NCBI GenBank assembly: GCA_964407715.1
Contig: CAYOWP010000002.1
Location: 1-53,827 of the forward strand
Length of the DNA stretch: 53,827 nt
Direction of reading: 5' to 3'
From: an uncultured archaeon
GTDB taxonomy: Archaea > EX4484-52 > JAADEF01
Part shown: positions 19,417-29,655 of the stretch, one piece after another
Numbering within the stretch: position 1 is the stretch's first letter
How the letters are laid out: each line of letters starts with the position of its first letter
The notes under the pieces: generated by a model
Database searches by the model: none
The model's input: the letters and a program-made list of their open reading frames with translations, nothing else
What the model was told of the DNA's origin: nothing
Program-made: the position numbers and the translations under genes

Positions 19417-19986
19417 TTCTCTTTCTGCTTTGTTTTTGCCCCATTTATAAAATGTATAAACTAAAAAGATTGCTATAAACATCGCTATTATTATAATTAT
19501 TATGGCTTTTGTTCTGTTATCTTCATCACTTCCATATCTATCTGCAATATCTTTTGCATATTTAAATGAAGAGACATAAGCAAAGATGTTCCATACTGAA
19601 GCTATGGTATTATAGATAGCAACAAGAATGCTCCAAAAGTTTCTTCTTAAATATGCTACCAAAATGCTTTCTATTGTTATTATAATCCCCGAGAATACTA
19701 TTAATCCACCAAACACTAAGAAAGAATAAGACGCAATAAGAGCTACTATTTCTGCATTAATATATCCAAACTTATATGCAAGATATGATAAAAAGAAAGA
19801 TAGCGCGTATGTGGCACCTGCAAAAGAAATTACTAATCCAAATGAATTTGCTATTGTGAAAAAATCTCTGAATTTCATATGCCTTGCTCTTTCAAGTATT
19901 ACTGAGTTATAACCTGAGGCATATGCATTCCATAAAGAGATAACTAAATTAAATATCATTATAAAAAAGACGAATATGCTAAACAT
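19411..19986 (-). CDS. Membrane protein of unknown function
   Basis: About 5 hydrophobic segments; GGTGA Shine-Dalgarno upstream. Confidence 0.75.
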   Translation of the reverse strand: MFSIFVFFIMIFNLVISLWNAYASGYNSVILERARHMKFRDFFTIANSFGLVISFAGATYALSFFLSYLAYKFGYINAEIVALIASYSFLVFGGLIVFSGIIITIESILVAYLRRNFWSILVAIYNTIASVWNIFAYVSSFKYAKDIADRYGSDEDNRTKAIIIIIIAMFIAIFLVYTFYKWGKNKAEREL

Positions 19987-20019
19987 ATTTTCACCTAAGA
20001 TAAATTAAAGAATAAAATT

Positions 20020-20205
20020 TTATAATACTTGCTTATATATTTCCTCAGGTGTTAATAATGTGTTCCTTTTTAATTTCATCCATCTTCGTTGTGGTTCATA
20101 TTTCCTTTCAAAGCTTTGAACTTGTGTGTATTTTTTGATATAATGCTCTAAAGGTGGTTTGTATATATCAGGAGGTTTATATTTTGTTCCCATAAGCATG
20201 ATCAC
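20020..20205 (-). CDS. Small hypothetical protein
   Basis: 61-aa ORF filling an intergenic gap; no recognisable motif. Confidence 0.35.
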   Translation of the reverse strand: MIMLMGTKYKPPDIYKPPLEHYIKKYTQVQSFERKYEPQRRWMKLKRNTLLTPEEIYKQVL

Positions 20206-20356
20206 TATAAATATATTATATTATGAGGGTCTATATATAAATTATTATATAATGTTTGAATAATTTAAAAAATTAAACTAAAAGTTTAAAAAGATAAACA
20301 AGAATATATATATTTCTGATAAGATAAAATATTTTATTATCTTTGGGTGAAGGATT

Positions 20357-20920
20357 ATGGAGAAAAAGAAAGGCTCATTTCAAGTGAGCTTGTCCATGAT
20401 TATTGGAGTTGTATTTGCTGTAGTAATATTAGGATTAGCAATCTCTTGGATTACGGGATCTTTCTCTGGTATTACTAAGATCTCAGATAGAGCATTAGCC
20501 TCTGCTAAGGCAAGCCTACAGCAAGGCGTGGTAGATAAATCTTTACTTTTATTTGCCAAAGAAAAAACGCGTATAGATAAACCTATAGAGGGCGCGGTTG
20601 TTATAAGAAACAAACTATATAAAAAGGCTTTCTTTAAAGTAGAAGTTATTCCTCCAACATATAATAACCAGGATATGTTTGAGATTGTAGGTGAAGAAGG
20701 CATTCTTGAAATACCTTCTGATGAGATAAAAGAACATACCTTCTCGGTTCAAGGCATTCCTGAAATAATAGAGAATTACTTAGGAAATAATAAAGAAAAA
20801 GCAGTAAGGTTTGAGTATAAAGTATATTATTGTGATAAAGACTCTATAAATCAATGTGGGAATAATTGGGAATATTATGATAGCGGAAATACCTTACTCA
20901 CAATACTTACCACATCATAA
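20357..20920 (+). CDS. Type IV pilin-like protein (class III signal peptide)
   Basis: MEKKKG/SFQVSLSMIIGVVFAVVILGLAISWI: basic leader, Gly at -1, then a hydrophobic helix. Confidence 0.65.
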   Translation: MEKKKGSFQVSLSMIIGVVFAVVILGLAISWITGSFSGITKISDRALASAKASLQQGVVDKSLLLFAKEKTRIDKPIEGAVVIRNKLYKKAFFKVEVIPPTYNNQDMFEIVGEEGILEIPSDEIKEHTFSVQGIPEIIENYLGNNKEKAVRFEYKVYYCDKDSINQCGNNWEYYDSGNTLLTILTTS

Positions 20921-20943
20921 AATTGATAATTTAGGAGGGGAAA

Positions 20944-23340
20944 ATGAGAAATATGAAGGTTAGATGTATAAGTATAAGTGTTGGGAGTCTTATCATGTCA
21001 TTGCTAATTATGTTTATCCTTTTAAGTGCTACTATAATAATTAAACATGGTCCTTCACCAAGAAATAATATGAGCAATGATTTTGCCTCTATCACAGGAA
21101 AATTAACAAAAGAAGAAACGGCTCCTTATACATCTCAACTTTCTATAAGAAGAGAAGAAATTGAGCAAATTCTTAGACATGCTATTGTAGATTCTATAAA
21201 AGAGGTAGAAAATTATGGAGGATATTTAATTGGATATGAAGATTCGTATTTCCCTAATAAAACTGTAGATTTTAAAGGTAAAATGATTCCTCTCTATAGA
21301 GTGTGTGATAAAACACACTATCCTACTTTAGAGGAAATAAGGCAAAGAATCTTAAGGAGATTTCTAAACTTGTCAGTAATAAGATTGTCTCGCTATGCCT
21401 CTTCACATCCCGAGATAGATTTTAGAGGTTTGAATTTTAATTTGAGTATTTTAGATGGTAAGGTTCTTCTAGTTGGAGAGGTTTATGCATATTATAAAGG
21501 GAAACCAATACCTGGAGATTATTATTTAAGCATACCTACCAAGCTTAAGGAGATTTATGAATATGCAACATCATTTTCAGAATTTACGAAAAATACAAGG
21601 TTCTTAGATTATCTCTTTATATATACCTTATATAAGGCAAAAGAGGATTATTTCCCTACAAGAGATATAATGACAAAATGTGGAGAGCAAATTATCAAAG
21701 ATAGATTTGAACTTTCACATGCATTTATGGACCTCTATTACCATTTTATCTCTAATGTTAACTTTAACATTCCTCCTTCAAAGGCTAAGGAATATGAGAT
21801 GGAAGAAGATGACCCTATCTTCTTTTTATTTTCTAAAATTATTAAAGATAATAAATTAGTATATTATGAACATCTTAAAGAGATAGAACTCTTTGCGCCA
21901 GATGACTTCTTTTTCATATTTCCTGAAGGAGTTAGTATTATAAACAATGAACCTGTTCTTAAAGTGGTTGTGCCTATAGGGGATAAATGTGTGAAATATT
22001 ATGATATAGATTATTCCTTTCCATTTCCATATGTAATAGGTATAAGGGACGATTATATAAGCGATGACACCTATTTCTATTTTGCTGAATATTCATATAT
22101 AGATAAGATGACACCAGCATCTTGCGATTATGATGATATCCCAGATAACACAAAAATTTTTATTCCTGGTTTAGAAACATCTGAGTCTTATTCTGAAAAA
22201 TTGATAGAAGAAAAGGGGGCTGAGTTGGGTATAGTGGAGCAATGCAAAAAAGATAAAAAAGTGATCATACAGGTTGTTGATGACTCAAATAAACCAATTG
22301 AAGGAGCAAAAGTTTCGTATGGAGTGTGTAGTTTAGGATCCACAGATGCATATGGAAGAGTTATAGGATGGATAAGCAATGAAGAAGATGTTTTGAGAAT
22401 TTCTCCTCCAAAAGGATACGTAGGCTATTCCAAAAAAATGCAAATAAGCTCTACTTATCTCAAAATAATTCTTCCAAGAATAAAAGATATAGAAGATATT
22501 GATGTTAAATATATAAAGGTCTCTGCAGCCTTAGAATCCCCAAGCAATGAGCCAAATAAATATGCTTATATAGGCATTCATTCTTCTCTTCCTGGAGTAT
22601 TGCCAAATGCAATATTAGAATTAAGAAAATGTGAAATCTCCAATGAGAAGCCATCAGATATCAGTATGGATGTAACATTTTCATTATCTCCTATATCATA
22701 TTCTGTTAGCAACATAGAAGATAATGAGTATCTAAATCCAGGAAAAGTATATTCTGATACTTTAGACATAAATAACAACAAAGGAAAAATCTCTTTATCA
22801 TTTGGAAAATATTATATTGGTATTCTGGAATATTTTGGAGAACAAAGCAATGAAAATTATAATTTAGCTGGTTCTTTCCATTTTGATTCTTCTCAATTTA
22901 TTGAGGATATAAACAAGAGATCAATTCAGATTATTCCAAATGAATTTACCAACTTTAATATTCCTATTATTAATGTGGTATATAAGGATAATGGCCTTGA
23001 TTCATATGTGATTCAAGGGACCTCATATTTAAACATTCCGAATGTGGCTATCGCGTTATATCCGTATCAAACCGCATTGGATGAAGTTTCAAAAAGATTA
23101 TCAACATTTATTTATGAGGGTTGTGGTATTGATCCGTTTGAGGAGCCGGAATATACAAAATACTATGCTCCTATAACTTGTGAAGGATGGGTAGAAGCAG
23201 CAATGGATTGTGGTGTTGAAGACATTCATAAATACTATCATATAGACCCTATAACAGAGGAATGGATATGCGATTATGATGGAATTAAGCAAGCAATGAA
23301 TGCTTTAGGATGTAAAGTTAAGGAAGGTAAGGAATATTGA
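20944..23340 (+). CDS. Large membrane-anchored extracellular protein (798 aa)
   Basis: N-terminal TM helix; IIQVVDDSNKPIEGAKV (carboxypeptidase-regulatory-like beta sandwich); Cys-rich C-terminus. Confidence 0.75.
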   Translation: MRNMKVRCISISVGSLIMSLLIMFILLSATIIIKHGPSPRNNMSNDFASITGKLTKEETAPYTSQLSIRREEIEQILRHAIVDSIKEVENYGGYLIGYEDSYFPNKTVDFKGKMIPLYRVCDKTHYPTLEEIRQRILRRFLNLSVIRLSRYASSHPEIDFRGLNFNLSILDGKVLLVGEVYAYYKGKPIPGDYYLSIPTKLKEIYEYATSFSEFTKNTRFLDYLFIYTLYKAKEDYFPTRDIMTKCGEQIIKDRFELSHAFMDLYYHFISNVNFNIPPSKAKEYEMEEDDPIFFLFSKIIKDNKLVYYEHLKEIELFAPDDFFFIFPEGVSIINNEPVLKVVVPIGDKCVKYYDIDYSFPFPYVIGIRDDYISDDTYFYFAEYSYIDKMTPASCDYDDIPDNTKIFIPGLETSESYSEKLIEEKGAELGIVEQCKKDKKVIIQVVDDSNKPIEGAKVSYGVCSLGSTDAYGRVIGWISNEEDVLRISPPKGYVGYSKKMQISSTYLKIILPRIKDIEDIDVKYIKVSAALESPSNEPNKYAYIGIHSSLPGVLPNAILELRKCEISNEKPSDISMDVTFSLSPISYSVSNIEDNEYLNPGKVYSDTLDINNNKGKISLSFGKYYIGILEYFGEQSNENYNLAGSFHFDSSQFIEDINKRSIQIIPNEFTNFNIPIINVVYKDNGLDSYVIQGTSYLNIPNVAIALYPYQTALDEVSKRLSTFIYEGCGIDPFEEPEYTKYYAPITCEGWVEAAMDCGVEDIHKYYHIDPITEEWICDYDGIKQAMNALGCKVKEGKEY

Positions 23341-23348
23341 TAGGTGAT

Positions 23349-26300
23349 ATGGATATGAAATGGAAAAAAATAAGTATTAAAAGAGAAAAATTGAATAAAG
23401 CAATATCCATTTTCATCAATTATTTAATCTTAAGTCTAACATTTATGCTTCCTTACTTAATATCTAAAGAAATTTCTGTTGTATATGCCACATCTACAGC
23501 AGAAGCAATCTCTATAAATGTTGTAAATGCTGATAAAATCTCATGGAGCGTAATTGATGAAAAAGATTATTTCTATTTATTAGATGATATCATATTAGAT
23601 GTTGTTTTTTCAGGTATAGGAAGTTCTAGTAATATAGGTGATGTTAAGATTTCTTATATATTGAATGGAAATGAACTTTTCGGTGAATGTGATGTATCCG
23701 GAATTAGCAGTGTAAGTGTTAGATATACCTGTATCTTATCCTCAATTTATTCTACTCTTGAGATTATTCAGGAAGATGATGATGGTAATAAATATATTGA
23801 TTTACCAATAAGGGTCTATTATAAATACAACACAGGTGCTGCATGGGAAAATAGACAATATGAAGAACAAAAAAGGATTTATCTTAAATCTGAACCCGAA
23901 TATGAAGATATATATGTAGGAATAGATCATATAGAAATAGAATCTCCTCTAGATTTAAAAGCCTCTTATTATATAGGAGATGATAATAAAACTTATTGTA
24001 AGATTACATCATTGTATGATTCAGAATCACAAGTAAAAATAAATATAACTACAAACTATCCAAATCCAGATGATGAGGAAATTTTTGATCCTATTATTTC
24101 AACATTATATTTATATTTAGAAAATGAAGAAAATCTATCAATAAACCTTTTATCTTCCTGTGAGTTTAATAAGATGTATTCCTCTGAAGAAGAATCAAGA
24201 TTTATTTTAGAATATACATGTACAATATCCTCTATTGAGCCTTCTGGAGAATATTTTGTATGCGCCAACTCCCCAAAAAGCTCAGGAGATGTGGTATCAA
24301 AGAATGGCAAGTTTTCTGTAAAAATAAATCAAAATATTGAGGAATTGATAGATGAGATATATAGTTTTAACATTAGACTTGAAAATGAAGTAAATATTTT
24401 GGAGGAATCTCAAGAAAATGTTGTTGTTGTGCTGGATCATGAAGGTCCATTTTTGTGGAGTGTAATTCCTTCAGAAGGATATTATTATATGAAAGAAAAC
24501 ATTCCTATAAGAATAACTTTTTCTGGTGTTGAAGGAGTATCTATCTCTGATGTAAAAATATCATCTGACATATCTGATTATCAGGATAAATATCCATGTA
24601 CATATGAAAGTAGTGATGATAACTCTATATCGTATTATTGCACGCTTCCAAGGATATATGGATCATTGTCATATTCTATAGTGAGAAATAAAGAAATTCC
24701 TTTAAATATCAGAGTTGATTATAAACTAAGAGTTCATGGTGAAGAGGTGCAAAGATCAGTATATGATGACATAGTTATTGTATTAGATGATGAATATGAT
24801 ACAGAGACGGAAATAGTAACAATAGACAATATAGATATTAATGGTAGACTGGATCTTATAGCCTCTGCATATATCTCAAAAGATTTAAATTCATATTGTA
24901 AGATAGTAAGTTTGAAAGAGTATCCAGAGATTTATATCAATGTTTCTACAAATTATCTTAATCCAAATGACATCTCTATTTCTTTAGATCATCTTTATAT
25001 CTCTTATCCTGATGGAGAGTTTGATATCCCTCTTAGTTTGGCTTCTTCATGTTCCTTTGTCAGAAAAAATGATTTTAGTATGATACTTACATATAGATGT
25101 AGGATAGATGATATAAAAGGTCAGTATTATAAATTATGTGCAAATTATATAGTTTCTGAAGGTTCTATTCTTCCATATTTGGGAGCACTTGGAATTACAA
25201 TAACATATAGCAATTATGATAACGAACATAAATACTCTTTTCAGGATGAATATGTGGTTGAGATTTCATCAGTTGTGGAATCTTTAAACTTGAATTCAGA
25301 AGTTTCAAGTGTTGGTGAAGAAGAAATCTCATGTGTTTATAATGACAACTCCAATTATTGCGCATACTTGGGTGAGTCTAAGGAGTTAAAGAAATTGTTG
25401 TTTGATATAACAATACACAATTTTGATCCTTCATATGAAATAGAATCTTTTGATCTCTTATTGAATATAGATGAATCCTTATATGGCTCTGAAGATGATT
25501 TCTATTTAGGCTCTTGTGAATTAATTGATAGATATGGAACTGACGTGATATATGAATGTGGATATTATTTGCCGCTTATGATAAGGGAAGATCATAAAAT
25601 TATCTCCTATGAAGGAATATTAACTTATCTTGATGAAAATAATGAGGAAAAAACTGCTATTCTCTCAGGAGATTTTGCTTTACCTCTTCATCAAGAAAGA
25701 GAAGATATTGAGATATTTTATTTCATTAGCAATTATTCAATAGAAGAAACAGAGCCACCAAAGATTTCATTTACTCAAAATCCTGATGGAACTCTAAATT
25801 GCTATGTTGATCCAAGAACAAATAAATGTTATTTTGGTGAAGTGGATATAAATGGAACAAAGATTGAATATCCTCTCTTTTTAAGAATTTCAGGATATGT
25901 ATTCTCAAATCTCTTATTAGATGAAGAGAAAGATATATTAAATGTTTCATTTAGAGTATCAACCCAGCCTGGTGAAAAATATTCAGTTAGCATCTCTACA
26001 AGGGATTGTACATATGAAGAATATATAGGATTTAAGGGTATTTATGAGATTCAATGTATCAAAGATTTATCTAAGGAAGAGCCATTTATTAATGGAATTA
26101 TTTATGATCCTAAGAATCCTCCTGTTATAGAATATGAAATAGAATATGCTACTGGATTTAATAAAGGAGAGACAATCTCTGTTGGAAGTGAACAGACTCA
26201 AATAGAGGAATCTCTCTTAGAGCATATCTCAACAATTGATTTTGAAATCTTAGATATCATATTTACTAAAGAAATATCTGATAAGATATTCAAATTATCT

Positions 26301-28526
26301 CCTGCTCTTGCTATAGAGGATTCTAAATGGAAATATCCTTATCCTGTATGCAGGATTCCTACATATATTGGAAAATATTTAGGAGAGGAAACAGGATGTG
26401 ATGATAATGATTTAACCTGTATAATAAGCAATATGGATTCCCTAAGTAGAGAAGAAATAGAGAGAGCATATTGTAAATTTGATTCTGGAATATGGTTTAT
26501 CGGAAAAATTGATGGCATATACAACAAATCTAACTTGAGATTTTTAACAGCGAGATATTATTTAGGAGATAGCTCAAATGTTGTTGATATGAGTATTGCT
26601 CCTAAGGTTTGCTTAGACAGATCCTATTTCAGTAATGAGGAAAAATTATGTGATGTTGTATATAATGATGGCTCTTCTGCAGGTAATTGTATTGTTATTG
26701 ATGAAGGAAAGAAAGAATCGCTGTTGTTATTGTGTCCATTTGAATATGAGCTTGGTAAGGTCTTACCATTGGATACCATTCCAACAGATATTGCGTTTGT
26801 TGAGGATCCTTTAGTTATTTCAATAAGTGTTGAGGATAATGGATATCTTAGAAATGGAACTGATGTATATCCATTTAAATATATAATTGAAAACTCATAT
26901 AACACTATTACATACGCATTAAATACATTCAAACAAGAATCTGATAAAGTGAAAAAGAGAATTTCTGAGCTTAAAGATACTGAAAAAAGAATGTTAACTG
27001 TTTTAGGGGTTATTACTGGAGCAGATGTGGCTTATGGCGCTAAATATAGACCAAGTTTTCTCTCATTCTTACCAGGCCCAAGCTTATGTTTAATTGGATG
27101 TTTGCCATGTTGGGATCCTAAACATCCTGGAAAGTATAAGGCATGTGTTGCTTCTGCATTTAAGAATGCTCACTCTTCTCCATCTACTAGCGTACGAATT
27201 ATGGGCTGTGGAAAATGTGTTCCTTTAATAGATGCTGCATTTTCATGTACTTTGGCAGGTTCAATGTTAATAGGAAAATCTCTTGTTTCGCAAGTAGAGA
27301 ACTATAGAGATAAAATAGACGAATTGGATGATAAAATAATGAAATTACAAGAGCTATTAAGTACTGCTGAAGAACCAGATGAACTCTTTTCATACACTTC
27401 ATATATAAGAAACTATATAGATAAGGAAGGCTCTTCAAATAGAGATAGCTTTGGTAGAAGTTGGGAGGCCAAGTTATTTATGGAAGACATTCCTGATTGG
27501 GCTAAATTTGTAATAGCTGCTCCTTATGGTATAGTATGTGCAAGAAGTATGTTCTCAAGTGCTGGAAGCACAGCAGACAAGCTTGGCCTTAAAGTTATAA
27601 AATCTGCTGCTATTTCAATGGGGCTTTCATCAACATTACAATGGATTTATACAGGCAAGATTAATATTAGAAAGGCCTTAATCTCCGGTGTAATAGGAGG
27701 AATCATAGCTGGAGCTGAAGGAATAATTGGAAGCAAATTAGAGAATATAGGAGATATAATAAAGTATATTGGTATTGCGAGAGTGGGAGGTACAGCAATT
27801 ATCTCTATTATAAGCGGTAAACTTGATGGTTTTTGTCGGTTAATAGGCAACTTCTTCTTAGGAAGTGGAATAGGAATGGCAATCCAAGGAGGTATCGAAG
27901 CTCTAAAAGAAACTCCAGACATATTAAAAATAACTTATGATAAATGGAGGATTAGCAAATTACCTCTCTCAAGGGATATTGAATATAGATTTGTGTGTAC
28001 AGAAAACCAGGAATGTGGTTGGGCATTCTATTCAAAGAAGGGAGAGTTTTTAGGTTTCGTAAATGAAGATAAGTTAGGGGAGTTCATAGATAAAATGAAG
28101 ATTCACAAAAATATAGATGAGGAGGTTCTTCAGAGTCTGGGGGAGCTACAACAAATAGAGCTTCCGAAGTTGAGCTTATCTGAAAGTCATTTGCCACAGG
28201 GTGTTAACTATGAATTTGAGTGTATTACAAGAGATATGTGTGGATGGAAATTCTATTATAAAGATAAATATATCGGATTTTTACCGGAAGAAAAAGAAAA
28301 ATATTTCAGTGTTGAGATTTTAAGAAACGAAATGATTTCTGATAAAAAACCTATACAAATACATAAACTGATGGATATACTAAATAAATATGAATATGGT
28401 GGAGAGGGGAATGTGAAAAAAGCAAAAAGTAAAGAAAATAATAAAGATAAGTCGCAGGATTTAAATAAAGAAAAAGTAGATAAAAAAGTGAAGAACATAT
28501 ATGATGATAGAAGCCATTGGGCATAA
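23349..28526 (+). CDS. Giant Cys-rich surface protein (~1725 aa) with internal repeats and a C-terminal Gly-rich hydrophobic region
   Basis: Signal/TM at the N-terminus, acidic beta-rich repeats, coiled coil and GxxxG helices. ATG 23349 follows GGTGA; the ORF track start is 23337. Confidence 0.85.
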   Translation: MDMKWKKISIKREKLNKAISIFINYLILSLTFMLPYLISKEISVVYATSTAEAISINVVNADKISWSVIDEKDYFYLLDDIILDVVFSGIGSSSNIGDVKISYILNGNELFGECDVSGISSVSVRYTCILSSIYSTLEIIQEDDDGNKYIDLPIRVYYKYNTGAAWENRQYEEQKRIYLKSEPEYEDIYVGIDHIEIESPLDLKASYYIGDDNKTYCKITSLYDSESQVKINITTNYPNPDDEEIFDPIISTLYLYLENEENLSINLLSSCEFNKMYSSEEESRFILEYTCTISSIEPSGEYFVCANSPKSSGDVVSKNGKFSVKINQNIEELIDEIYSFNIRLENEVNILEESQENVVVVLDHEGPFLWSVIPSEGYYYMKENIPIRITFSGVEGVSISDVKISSDISDYQDKYPCTYESSDDNSISYYCTLPRIYGSLSYSIVRNKEIPLNIRVDYKLRVHGEEVQRSVYDDIVIVLDDEYDTETEIVTIDNIDINGRLDLIASAYISKDLNSYCKIVSLKEYPEIYINVSTNYLNPNDISISLDHLYISYPDGEFDIPLSLASSCSFVRKNDFSMILTYRCRIDDIKGQYYKLCANYIVSEGSILPYLGALGITITYSNYDNEHKYSFQDEYVVEISSVVESLNLNSEVSSVGEEEISCVYNDNSNYCAYLGESKELKKLLFDITIHNFDPSYEIESFDLLLNIDESLYGSEDDFYLGSCELIDRYGTDVIYECGYYLPLMIREDHKIISYEGILTYLDENNEEKTAILSGDFALPLHQEREDIEIFYFISNYSIEETEPPKISFTQNPDGTLNCYVDPRTNKCYFGEVDINGTKIEYPLFLRISGYVFSNLLLDEEKDILNVSFRVSTQPGEKYSVSISTRDCTYEEYIGFKGIYEIQCIKDLSKEEPFINGIIYDPKNPPVIEYEIEYATGFNKGETISVGSEQTQIEESLLEHISTIDFEILDIIFTKEISDKIFKLSPALAIEDSKWKYPYPVCRIPTYIGKYLGEETGCDDNDLTCIISNMDSLSREEIERAYCKFDSGIWFIGKIDGIYNKSNLRFLTARYYLGDSSNVVDMSIAPKVCLDRSYFSNEEKLCDVVYNDGSSAGNCIVIDEGKKESLLLLCPFEYELGKVLPLDTIPTDIAFVEDPLVISISVEDNGYLRNGTDVYPFKYIIENSYNTITYALNTFKQESDKVKKRISELKDTEKRMLTVLGVITGADVAYGAKYRPSFLSFLPGPSLCLIGCLPCWDPKHPGKYKACVASAFKNAHSSPSTSVRIMGCGKCVPLIDAAFSCTLAGSMLIGKSLVSQVENYRDKIDELDDKIMKLQELLSTAEEPDELFSYTSYIRNYIDKEGSSNRDSFGRSWEAKLFMEDIPDWAKFVIAAPYGIVCARSMFSSAGSTADKLGLKVIKSAAISMGLSSTLQWIYTGKINIRKALISGVIGGIIAGAEGIIGSKLENIGDIIKYIGIARVGGTAIISIISGKLDGFCRLIGNFFLGSGIGMAIQGGIEALKETPDILKITYDKWRISKLPLSRDIEYRFVCTENQECGWAFYSKKGEFLGFVNEDKLGEFIDKMKIHKNIDEEVLQSLGELQQIELPKLSLSESHLPQGVNYEFECITRDMCGWKFYYKDKYIGFLPEEKEKYFSVEILRNEMISDKKPIQIHKLMDILNKYEYGGEGNVKKAKSKENNKDKSQDLNKEKVDKKVKNIYDDRSHWA

Positions 28527-28587
28527 AAATAGATATCTGTAAAATTTTCTTTAATTATTTTAAACTCCTAACTAAATTACTATTTTC

Positions 28588-29655
28588 ATGGTAAAGAAAT
28601 TTTATGATTTTGTTTTTGTTAATTTTTTTGGGTTTGTTGAAGGAGGAAAGAGGTCTGTTCTTGTTATACTTGATGAAAAAGCTAAAGAGAATTATTTGTT
28701 TTTATTCTATATATATAATGCGGCAAAACTTCTTAGAGGTATTAAAAGAAGTTATTACTTTGGTATTGTCTTTGATTATGTTAAATTTGATTATATGATG
28801 ATGAAATCTCAATTTATGCTTCATAAATCTAAGATAATGGAAAACCTAAAAGAACTTTTTCAAAAATTAAATATTGATTTGCTTGTGATATCGCGAAAAG
28901 AATTTTTCATAGATAGAAAATCCAATAGGATTGTTATTAAAGATAAAGAAATAAACTATAAGAAATTGATGAGTGCTTTAGAGGTAAGCAAGGAGTTTAA
29001 GCATCCAATCCTAAAACCAGATAATCACACCTCTTTTTTAGCGCATGATTTTATAAAGTTTAACAGAAATATTGAAAGGGTTGTAATTTATGGAAGTGGT
29101 TCTTTTTCATATTCTCTTTCTTCTCTTCTTGGAAATCTTTCTGGGATAGAGGTATTTCATGTGCTTTCAAACAAGCCTTTTTTATATGATTTGCAAATTT
29201 CAGATGAATTAAAAGAAATTGCAAAAAGGAGATTAATAGAGGATCTAAAAATAAATCTGATTGAAAATGATGATCCTGTTGAGTATTGGCATAAAGAGAA
29301 TAAGGCATTTCTGAGATTGAAAAATTATGGATTAATAGAAAACATTGATATTATCTTGCTTGAAGAAAATGAAGAAGTAAACCATAAAGAGATGTTTTTT
29401 GTTTTTGGGATTCCCTCAATATCATATCGCTTACCAAAGAGTTATTCAAATGTAAAAATATTAAAGCCAAATAAACTCTTATTGAATGTTGAGGAAGATA
29501 TTATAAAGGTATATGTAGACGATAAAGATATTGTTAAAGGATATGAAATCGTAGCAAATGATAGCGAGGTCTTTGCTTATATCTTAGATAGATATATAAA
29601 ACATAAGCTTCCATTTGATAGATTTATGGATTTACTCGAAATATATTCCCTTTGA
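28588..29655 (+). CDS. Degenerate pyridine nucleotide-disulfide oxidoreductase-like protein
   Basis: YDFVFV at the N-terminus and RVVIYGSGS at the second Rossmann position; domain order resembles dihydrolipoamide dehydrogenase. Confidence 0.5.
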   Translation: MVKKFYDFVFVNFFGFVEGGKRSVLVILDEKAKENYLFLFYIYNAAKLLRGIKRSYYFGIVFDYVKFDYMMMKSQFMLHKSKIMENLKELFQKLNIDLLVISRKEFFIDRKSNRIVIKDKEINYKKLMSALEVSKEFKHPILKPDNHTSFLAHDFIKFNRNIERVVIYGSGSFSYSLSSLLGNLSGIEVFHVLSNKPFLYDLQISDELKEIAKRRLIEDLKINLIENDDPVEYWHKENKAFLRLKNYGLIENIDIILLEENEEVNHKEMFFVFGIPSISYRLPKSYSNVKILKPNKLLLNVEEDIIKVYVDDKDIVKGYEIVANDSEVFAYILDRYIKHKLPFDRFMDLLEIYSL

